Below are positions 9,456 to 16,238 of a stretch of 16,238 bases of DNA, piece after piece. The notes beneath the pieces were generated by a model, which saw nothing but the letters and a program-made list of their open reading frames with translations, ran no database searches and was not told where the DNA came from. The translations under genes and the position numbers were made by a program. Source of the DNA: Gemmatimonadota bacterium (GTDB lineage Bacteria > Gemmatimonadota > Gemmatimonadetes > Gemmatimonadales > Gemmatimonadaceae); the NCBI GenBank assembly GCA_040389905.1, contig JAZJZK010000057.1:1-16238 (forward strand). The letters run 5' to 3'. Position 1 is the first letter of the stretch. Each line of letters starts with the position of its first letter.

Positions 9456-11821
9456 ACGCGCCCTGGGGAAAAACAGCCTACGTCACACTAGGGATGTTGG
9501 CGCAGGTGCGGGCCTCTGTGGGTGTCGCTTTGCTCAGCGCATGCCTGAGCGCGTTTGGTCTGAGCGCCCAGGTCGTCACCCTGCGAGCGGGGGCGACGGT
9601 CGCGAAACACGTCGTACCTGGAACCAGGCTGGCTGTGCCGATTGTCGTGGACCTGAGTGCGGGCGCCGGAACCAGCGTGCGTTCGCTCCAGATGCGCGTG
9701 AGCTGGGCGACAGCACGACTCACCTTTGATTCCGTGAGGTCGTCGTCATTCGGTGTGTTGACGTCCAGCGCCGCCGACGTCGCGAGCGGGTCGCTGTCGC
9801 TCTCGAGCGCGGCATCGTCCGGCACGACGACGACGGCGGAGGTTGCGACGCTCTACTTCACTGCAAACACGACGGCGGGTACCGGCGGCACCCGCATACT
9901 GCTGACTCCTATCGCGGTCGACAACGATCTTGGTGCGAGCGTGGTAACGAGACTCAGGCTGCAGCATTTGGAAGTGTGCGTTGCGCCCGGCGTGCTGTGG
10001 GGCGACTCGAACAGCGACAATGTCGTCAACATCATCGACGCGCAGCAGATCGCACGCCACTCGGTCGGATTGTCGGTGGCAAACGAGACGGCGTTAGCCG
10101 CTCAGGGTGACGTGACCGAGGATGGCACGGTGAACGTCGTCGATGCACAGCAGATCGCGCGCTACACGGTGGCACTCAGCGCCGTTCCACGCGTGGGTGT
10201 TGCTTTTCCGATTGTGCCGGCGGTGAACGCGCTGTTCGTCAATCCGCTTGATGCCAGCGTATACGTGGGGTCGGCGACGCAGCTTCTCGCTGAGCCACGA
10301 GATGCGTCGAACAATGCGCTCAATGGTTGCCAGCCCGTGTCGTTCTCGTCGGGCGCGCCGACCATTGCGTCCGTCGATTCTGCAGGTCGCGTCTTTGGTC
10401 TGACGAGCGGTATTGCGACGATCACTGCGGCATCCGGGTCGAAAACAACCACGTCGTCGATCTACGTTGGACCTCCCGATGCCGCGAAATATCAGGCGAT
10501 CGCTTCCGTCAACTTTGCGTACCTGGCGGTCACAAACTACGAGCCGAGCGCGTTCATGCACGTTGCTGCCGACGCACTGACGTCCAATTTCAGCAATTTC
10601 GGAATGCGCTTCAGCAACCTCGAACCTCGTATTGCGTACGCCAACAACTCGGCTGGTAGCGATCGCGGAGTCACGGAAGCTCCCTGGGACAGCTATTATC
10701 AGGCGCTTCGTGGCGCCAACGACGCCATACAGGCATTCGACGCCGGGGTCGTGCCGAGTGGGGGGGTCGCTGAAGCAGGGAAGTACCGTCGTCTCGCCCA
10801 GATGTCGCAGGCATGGATGCTGTCGCAGCTCGCGTTGACGTTCGATCAGGCACTGATCATGGACGAAAACACGGTCACGGGCGCTGCGCAAACGCCGCTT
10901 TCGGCGTATCGCGACGTGGCGGCGAGCGCGGTGGCGAAATGGACAGCGCTCGCGGATGCCGAGGCGGGAAAGACGGACACGTATGAGCCGTCCGTATTCC
11001 CACTGGTGGTCGGTCCCCTTACCTCCGCACGAATCCAACGGTTCGCCAACACGATGGCTGCGCTCACGCTCGCCTACGCACCGCGCAACGCGGCAGAGGC
11101 GAGCGCGGTCAACTGGGCGCAAGTACGCGATCTGGCTGCGCGGGGCATTGGAAGCGGCCTCGCGGGTACCCCTTTCGACATGGACGTCATCGGGGACTTC
11201 AACAATTGGTATTCGAGTATCGTCGAAATCGGCGCCGCGCCCAGTTGGTTGCGCGTCGACCTACGGTTGATCAACCGCATGGATCCGGGGACGCCATTGC
11301 GCATGACGTCGACAACGCCACCTCCACGAGGATCGTCAGTCGACGCTCGTTTCGATACGGACTACGCCTATCTCACACCGATCCCGGGAGATCCAGGACG
11401 CGGCGTCTACATGTTGAGCCCGTACTATCACACGCGATACTACGCGCACGGTCTCGAGTCGCCAACCTTCAAGCAGACGCCGGTACCGTTTCTCCTCGCG
11501 GCCGAGAGCGATCTCGTGCGGGCGGAAGCGATCATACGAACGAATGGTGATTTCGCAACCGCAGCAACGCTGATCAATCTGACGCGCGTCGGCAGAGGAC
11601 ACCTCGCGCCGGCATCGGCCAGTGACGGAGCGACGACGCTTCTCGCATACATCGACTATGAGCGGGACGTCGAGCTTCTGAACACAAATGGATACACACT
11701 ATTCCAGCGTCGTCACGTCGATGGTCTTCAGCCTTTTACGCCGGTGCAGCTTCCCGTTCCGGCAAGAGTCCTCGAATCGCGCGGGCTACCGGTCTATACG
11801 TTCGGCGGCCCTGGTGGATAG
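9452..11821 (+). CDS. Secreted modular protein 2: signal peptide, cohesin-like, dockerin, Big_2-like Ig, RagB/SusD-like domain
   Basis: Same N-terminal module as protein 1 (dockerin ~9998-10177). C-terminal ~440 aa has SusD-like patterns: WDSYYQALRGANDAI, LLAAESDLVRAEA...AATLINLTRVGR, IDYERDVEL, LPVP. Start uncertain: GTG 9452 (overlaps the upstream stop), ATG 9494 or GTG 9506. Confidence 0.8.
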   Translation: MNAPWGKTAYVTLGMLAQVRASVGVALLSACLSAFGLSAQVVTLRAGATVAKHVVPGTRLAVPIVVDLSAGAGTSVRSLQMRVSWATARLTFDSVRSSSFGVLTSSAADVASGSLSLSSAASSGTTTTAEVATLYFTANTTAGTGGTRILLTPIAVDNDLGASVVTRLRLQHLEVCVAPGVLWGDSNSDNVVNIIDAQQIARHSVGLSVANETALAAQGDVTEDGTVNVVDAQQIARYTVALSAVPRVGVAFPIVPAVNALFVNPLDASVYVGSATQLLAEPRDASNNALNGCQPVSFSSGAPTIASVDSAGRVFGLTSGIATITAASGSKTTTSSIYVGPPDAAKYQAIASVNFAYLAVTNYEPSAFMHVAADALTSNFSNFGMRFSNLEPRIAYANNSAGSDRGVTEAPWDSYYQALRGANDAIQAFDAGVVPSGGVAEAGKYRRLAQMSQAWMLSQLALTFDQALIMDENTVTGAAQTPLSAYRDVAASAVAKWTALADAEAGKTDTYEPSVFPLVVGPLTSARIQRFANTMAALTLAYAPRNAAEASAVNWAQVRDLAARGIGSGLAGTPFDMDVIGDFNNWYSSIVEIGAAPSWLRVDLRLINRMDPGTPLRMTSTTPPPRGSSVDARFDTDYAYLTPIPGDPGRGVYMLSPYYHTRYYAHGLESPTFKQTPVPFLLAAESDLVRAEAIIRTNGDFATAATLINLTRVGRGHLAPASASDGATTLLAYIDYERDVELLNTNGYTLFQRRHVDGLQPFTPVQLPVPARVLESRGLPVYTFGGPGG

Positions 11822-12640
11822 CGAACGAAATCGACGCGGTCCCGAATCCGCAGCCCACTGTTCGCGTCGCTGGCAACAACAACCCACGCGTGACGCAGGT
11901 CCCCGTGACGTTTGCCGTCGAGAGCGGTCGTGGGTCGATTGCGGGCGCGTCGCCTGTCACTGACAACGCCGGTCGTGCCGACGGTCGGCACCTGGCAACT
12001 TGGTGCGTCATCGGGCACGAACACGCTCACGGCGACCGCAACAGGGTTGCACTGCTCGCCTGTCACATTCACGGCCCGGCGACGACTTCGGCCGCGCCGC
12101 TGGCGTATGAGCGGCTCATGGCGGGATATCTCTCTATAACTGCGGTGTCTCAGGCTCCGCGACGTATTGCTGGGGAGACAATAGCTACGGTCAGATTGGC
12201 GATGGCACGAGGACTCTCCGTGGTCGGCCCGTGGCCATCAGCACGTCGCTCGAGCAGCTGGCCGTGGGAGGCGCGCAAGGTTGCGGGCTCGATAGCGCCG
12301 GTGCCGTGTATTGCTGGGGAAATAATCAGAATGCGGGATCCACACCCACGCTCTTCGCAACTGGTGGCACCTTCGATAGCATTTACGTCGCGCTCAATCA
12401 CACCTGTGGTTTTCGCGCGGGAGCAGCATTGGTGACGGAACCCAGGTGACGCGCTTGTTCCCAGTCGCGGTGTCCACCAACCTGACATTCAAGTCGCTGA
12501 CATCCGGCCACTCCCATACGTGCGGGCTCAAGACCGACGGCGTCGCTTATTGCTGGGGTGAGAATAACCAGGCTCAACTTGGAACTGGCGTAGCGGGGGC
12601 GGCCGAGCTCAGCCCACTTCGTGTGCGTGGCCCAATCGTC
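11822..12640 (+). pseudogene. Frameshifted remnant of an Ig-like + RCC1-repeat C-terminal region, paralogous to protein 3
   Basis: Colinear fragments in changing frames: QPTVRV..VPVTFAVESGRGSIAG / TVGTWQLGASSGTNTLTATATG / AAPLAYERLMAGY / YNCGVSGSATYCWGDNSYGQIGDGT..VYCWG..HTCGF / IGDGTQVTRLFPVAVSTNLTFKSLTSGHSHTCGLKTDGVAYCWGENN. Frame changes near 11980, 12075, 12135 and 12428. No signal peptide, cohesin or dockerin. Confidence 0.85.
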
Positions 12641-12799
12641 CCTCAATTCAGTATTGGCAGTTCTTACCAACGTTCGCTACCTTTTGTATGCAGTTGCGCT
12701 GCAGTAGGAGCGCACGTACGGAGTCGCGCTGAGAGGGCCGCGCAAGCTTCTTGCCGCCTGATCGACTCGATTCATTGTGCAACACCGGCACGACGACGT

Positions 12800-12827
12800 T
12801 TCGGTTGGTCCACCTTGAACGAGTAGC
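12800..12827 (+). repeat. 5' leader duplicated upstream of protein 3 and of the remnant at 15903 (copy 1)
   Basis: TTCGGTTGGTCCACCTTGAACGAGTAGC matches 15872-15899 at 22/28 positions by manual ungapped alignment; both end 3-4 nt before an ATG. Confidence 0.7.
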
Positions 12828-12831
12828 GAAA

Positions 12832-15801
12832 ATGAAAGTCTCGCGCGCGGCCGCATGTCTTGCGGGCATGTCCCTCCTCGCCGCACCGAGCCTGCGGGCG
12901 CAGGGAACCATCGTCGTCCGCGGCTCCGCTGGCACCGCCATTCAAGTGGCGCCGGGTACCGTGCTGACGGTGCCCATCGTGGTCGACATGACTGCAGCGG
13001 GTGGGTTGAACCTCGCATCGCTCGCGAGCGCGATGTCGTGGGGGCTGACGCGCCTCACCCTCGACTCCGTCAAGGCGGCTGCGCTTGGAACTGTGATTCC
13101 GAACATGTCGCAAGCCACGAACGGGAGTGCGAGCGTCGCGATTTACGACGTGACCGGCACGACGACGACTGTTACCGCCGCCAATTTCTATTTCACGGCC
13201 CTCGCGGCCGGTTCCACGAAGATCGCCTTGTTGCCGAGCGTCGCCGGCTCCGACGCGGGAACGAATCTGCTCCAGCGCATCCGCGTGCGTGATATCCCGG
13301 TGTGCGTAGTGAATCCAGCGCTCTGGGGCGATGTCAACGACGACTTCGTCGTCAACGTGATCGATGCGCAGCAAGTGGCGCGCTCCAGCGTTGGGCTCAG
13401 CGTTTCGAACCCCTCCGCTGTTGCTGCTCGAGGTGACGTCAATAATGACGGTGCCGCCAACGTGATCGACGCACAGCAGTTGGCGCGCTACAGCGTCAGC
13501 CTCCCGGCCGTTGCACGGATCGGTACGTCGAACGCCACGCCCGCGACCGTCGCGAACCTGACGGTGTCCGCCGTCCTCGACGCCGAGGCTGGCGGCGTCA
13601 ACCCTGATGTGCCCGCGAATACGAGTGCGTTGGCCGTGGGCAAGCAGGCGCAGATTCAGGCGCTGGCGCGTGACGGTGGCAGTGTCGACGTCACCTCGTG
13701 TGCGGCGCTGACCTATTCATCGAACAGTCCCGGCGTTGCGACTGTCTCGAGCACTGGGCTCATTCAGGCAGTTGGTGCCGGGTCCGCGACGATTACCGTC
13801 GGTGCCGGTGGGCCGACCGCCACGGTGAATGTCACGGTGCCGGCCACCGGGACGCAGCTGGCCGTCACGACGCAGCCGACAGGTGCCGCCTCTGGGGTGA
13901 ACCTGCTCTCGCAGCCCGTCGTGCAGGTGCGCGACGGCTCCAATGCGGTGGTCACTGGTGCGACCAACCCCGTTACGGCAACCCTCGTCGGCTCGGGTGG
14001 GACGCTGGGGGGCACGACGACCGTGTCGGCCGTCAACGGTGTCGCGACGTTCACCAACCTCAGCGTCACCGGGCCCGGCACCTATCAACTCACGTTCTCC
14101 GCACCGACGCTGACGTCCGCGACGTCGTCCAGCTTTACGATCGGGGCCGCGCCCGGTGCACCGACGAAACTCGCGGTCAGCACGGCTCCGTCGTCTACGG
14201 CAGCTTCGCGCGTGGCGTTCCCTCAACAGCCGGTGATTCAGGTACAGGATGCGAACGGCACGCTCGTGCCCGGCGCCGGTGTCGTGGTGACGGCGTCCCT
14301 TTCCGCTGGTGCGGGCTCATTGAGCGGCTCCCTCACGGCAACGACGAATTCGAGCGGTGTTGCGACGTTCACGACGCTGTCGATTGGCGGTCCCGTTGGC
14401 GCCAAATCCATCACGTTCTCCGCGAGCGGCCTGACGCAAGTCGTGTCGAACGTGACGCTCACGGCCGGAGCAGCGACGACCATCGCGATCAACGGCGGCG
14501 ACAATCAGACGGCTCTCCCATCACAGGGAGTCGGAATCGCGCCGTCCGTCAAGATCACTGATGCCGACGGCAACAACGTTGCGGGAACGTCGGTGACCTT
14601 CGCCGTTGCCAGCGGTGGCGGTACCGTCACGGGAACTCCGGCAAGCAGCAACAGCTCGGGAGTGGCGACGGTCGGCTCGTGGACGCTCGGTTCGTCGAAC
14701 GGTACGAACACGCTCACAGCTTCCGCGAGTGGCATCGGCTCCGTGACGTTCACCGCCACTGCGTCGCCATCGGCCGTGCTCGCATTCCAGTCGCTCGACG
14801 CGTCGTACTACAACGTGTGCGGACTCTCGTCCGGCAAGGTCTACTGCTGGGGTAGAAGCGAGTACGGTCAGATTGGCGACGGAACCAACACCATGCGTCC
14901 GCGACCGACCCAGCTTTCCGGTAGCTATACCGCCTACGGGGTCGGCTACGTTTCCGCATGCGCGACCACAGTGTCTGACGTGTATTGCTGGGGAGGATCG
15001 TACGCGACATCACCCACGCTCAAAACCGGATTCGGTGCGTTCATCAGCGTGGCGGCCAGCAACGCCGGAAACGGCTGCGGCCTGAAATCGGGAGGGGTCG
15101 CCTACTGTTGGGGAACGAACTACCAAGGCCAAGTCGGTGATGGCACGAGCCAGGTCCGAGCGACTCCCGTTCTGGTCAGCGGTGGTTTGACCTTCCAGAG
15201 CCTCACGCTCGGTCTTGACTATGCGTGCGGATTGACCACAGCAGGGGACGCCTATTGCTGGGGAGTGAATCGGTACGGCGAGCTCGGACGAGGCGGTGGC
15301 GGGAGCTCGCCCGTAGGGAGCAATGTGCCTACGCTGGTCGTCGGGGGGCGCACTTTTACGCAAATCACGGCGGGTGACAGTCACACATGTGGCCTCACCA
15401 CGGCGGGTCAGGCGTTCTGTTGGGGGTTGAACGTCAGCGGGCAGCTTGGCATCGGCACCAACATCGACGCGACCTCGCCAACTCTGGTTTCTGGCTCGCT
15501 CACGTTCAGCTCGCTCGCGGCGGGGAGCAACCACACCTGTGGTATCAGCGGCGCGACCACCTATTGCTGGGGCCAGAACGCACGTGGCCAACTCGGCGAC
15601 GGCACGCAGACATCCAGGTCATTTCCAGTTGCGGTTTCGACCGCGCTCACCTTCACCTCACTCACAGGCGGACTCGGGCATACGTGTGCGTTGACGTCGA
15701 GTGGAGCCGCCTATTGCTGGGGTGAGAACAACGGTGGCGAACTCGGCAAAGGTGCGAACGGCGCCGCGCTCCTGACTCCCCAGGCTGTCGTCGCCCCGTG
15801 A
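12832..15801 (+). CDS. Secreted modular protein 3: signal peptide, cohesin-like, dockerin, Big_2-like Ig, three further Ig-like domains, C-terminal 7-bladed RCC1/BLIP-II-like propeller (989 aa)
   Basis: ATG 12832 gives MKVSRAAACLAGMSLLAAPSLRA|Q. Dockerin WGDVNDDFVVNVIDAQQVARS..GDVNNDGAANVIDAQQLARY (~13324-13503). YSSNSPGVATVSSTGLI (Big_2). Two LAVxTxP..QPVxQVxD..GVATFxxLS repeats and one Big_1-like domain. Seven (Y/F)CWG repeats (~14780-15798). Confidence 0.88.
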   Translation: MKVSRAAACLAGMSLLAAPSLRAQGTIVVRGSAGTAIQVAPGTVLTVPIVVDMTAAGGLNLASLASAMSWGLTRLTLDSVKAAALGTVIPNMSQATNGSASVAIYDVTGTTTTVTAANFYFTALAAGSTKIALLPSVAGSDAGTNLLQRIRVRDIPVCVVNPALWGDVNDDFVVNVIDAQQVARSSVGLSVSNPSAVAARGDVNNDGAANVIDAQQLARYSVSLPAVARIGTSNATPATVANLTVSAVLDAEAGGVNPDVPANTSALAVGKQAQIQALARDGGSVDVTSCAALTYSSNSPGVATVSSTGLIQAVGAGSATITVGAGGPTATVNVTVPATGTQLAVTTQPTGAASGVNLLSQPVVQVRDGSNAVVTGATNPVTATLVGSGGTLGGTTTVSAVNGVATFTNLSVTGPGTYQLTFSAPTLTSATSSSFTIGAAPGAPTKLAVSTAPSSTAASRVAFPQQPVIQVQDANGTLVPGAGVVVTASLSAGAGSLSGSLTATTNSSGVATFTTLSIGGPVGAKSITFSASGLTQVVSNVTLTAGAATTIAINGGDNQTALPSQGVGIAPSVKITDADGNNVAGTSVTFAVASGGGTVTGTPASSNSSGVATVGSWTLGSSNGTNTLTASASGIGSVTFTATASPSAVLAFQSLDASYYNVCGLSSGKVYCWGRSEYGQIGDGTNTMRPRPTQLSGSYTAYGVGYVSACATTVSDVYCWGGSYATSPTLKTGFGAFISVAASNAGNGCGLKSGGVAYCWGTNYQGQVGDGTSQVRATPVLVSGGLTFQSLTLGLDYACGLTTAGDAYCWGVNRYGELGRGGGGSSPVGSNVPTLVVGGRTFTQITAGDSHTCGLTTAGQAFCWGLNVSGQLGIGTNIDATSPTLVSGSLTFSSLAAGSNHTCGISGATTYCWGQNARGQLGDGTQTSRSFPVAVSTALTFTSLTGGLGHTCALTSSGAAYCWGENNGGELGKGANGAALLTPQAVVAP

Positions 15802-15824
15802 TCCACTAGTTCCAACGTGCTCGT

Positions 15825-15858
15825 GCCACCGGCGTTTTTCCACGCCGCCGGTGGCTTT
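15825..15858 (+). terminator. Hairpin after protein 3, possible terminator
   Basis: Perfect 10-bp stem GCCACCGGCG (15825-15834)/CGCCGGTGGC (15846-15855), 11-nt loop, followed only by a short TTT. Confidence 0.5.
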
Positions 15859-15871
15859 GGTCGGCCACGTG

Positions 15872-15899
15872 TTCGGTGGGTTTACGTTGAGCGAGTCGC
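15872..15899 (+). repeat. 5' leader duplicated upstream of protein 3 and of the remnant at 15903 (copy 2)
   Basis: TTCGGTGGGTTTACGTTGAGCGAGTCGC, 22/28 identical to 12800-12827. Confidence 0.7.
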
Positions 15900-15902
15900 C
15901 CA

Positions 15903-16195
15903 ATGAGCGCATCACGTTTCGCTGCATGTCTTACCGCACTGTCCTTCGTCGCCATCGCAGGGGTGGGTGTGTTTTTCGCGGTCGCGAGCGGTGGTGGCTC
16001 AGTCACCAGCGCCGCACCAAACACAAACGTGTCGGGGACCGCTGCGGTGGGCTCCTGGACGCCTGGCTCGGCCAACGGGACCAGCGCGGAATTGGCACAG
16101 CGCCGCCGACCTCCGGGCCGCCAGCGGTCGCCGGCGGGCTCGTCTTCACTCAGCTCACCGCGGGCGAGTCTCACGTATGCGGACTAACTACTTCT
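15903..16195 (+). pseudogene. Internally deleted paralog of protein 3 (signal peptide + half Ig domain + one RCC1 blade fragment)
   Basis: MSASRFAACLTALSFVA resembles the protein 3 signal and is fused in frame to IAGVGVFFAVASGGGSVT..GTAAVGSWTPGSANGT (protein 3 residues ~583 onward). A different frame from 16109 gives PPAVAGGLVFTQLTAGESHVCGLTTS (cf. PTLVVGGRTFTQITAGDSHTCGLTTA). It may continue beyond the window. Confidence 0.75.
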
Positions 16196-16238
16196 TGGCG
16201 CAAAATTCATCTTCAGAGAAGCGCGTTCATGGTGTGGA

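Noticed and set aside
10094..11122. Long minus-strand and alternate-frame ORFs (342 aa here; also 6612-7538, 3225-4073, 2191-2910, 13698-14561)
   Set aside because: Arg/His-rich shadow ORFs overlapping well-supported genes, expected in GC-rich DNA, with no recognisable motifs.
11800..11830. Programmed frameshift or readthrough joining protein 2 to the downstream RCC1 remnant
   Set aside because: No slippery heptamer is visible, and the remnant has several further frameshifts and deletions, so no intact fusion could result.
12430..12640. Possible diversity-generating retroelement template repeat for the 3' end of protein 3 (15595-15801)
   Set aside because: The two regions differ at many non-adenine positions, including synonymous C/G/T changes, and no reverse transcriptase is in the window. 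An old paralog fits better than a TR/VR pair.
11890..12826. ORFs 11890-12435, 11912-12139, 12231-12449 and 12446-12826 as independent genes
   Set aside because: Each has family homology over only part of its length; together they tile one frameshifted remnant.
448..12831. Upstream ORF-track starts at 448 (moaD), 1163 (moaA), 5726 (sdhB) and 12751 (protein 3)
   Set aside because: The extensions overlap a terminator or upstream genes and lack family homology. Downstream starts at 523, 1205, 5930 and 12832 match the family N-termini or the signal peptide.
6861..15801. Canonical cellulosome gene cluster
   Set aside because: No multi-cohesin scaffoldin, CBM3 or recognisable glycoside hydrolase motif; each protein has just one cohesin-like domain and one dockerin.

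Overview
GC-rich bacterial window with every supported gene on the + strand; the protein style suggests Gemmatimonadota (inference only). The left part (1-6703) is housekeeping: an HU/IHF-family gene with a sigma70-type promoter and intrinsic terminator, then moaD-moaE-moaA, mdh, a 120-bp palindromic REP-like element, and a three-subunit di-haem succinate dehydrogenase (sdhCAB). The right part (6861-16238) is an accessory tandem array of paralogous secreted proteins. Three intact genes share one N-terminal module: signal peptide + cohesin-like domain + duplicated-motif type-I-like dockerin + Big_2-like Ig domain, with a conserved Cys pair flanking the dockerin. Their C-terminal parts differ: two carry Ig stalks with 7-bladed RCC1/BLIP-II-like propellers and one carries a RagB/SusD-like domain. 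Two decayed paralog remnants lie in the array (after gene 2 and after gene 3). Most interesting hypothesis: a non-cellulosomal cohesin-dockerin assembly system with exchangeable binding heads. All domain calls are by-eye motif recognition; no search or prediction tool was run.
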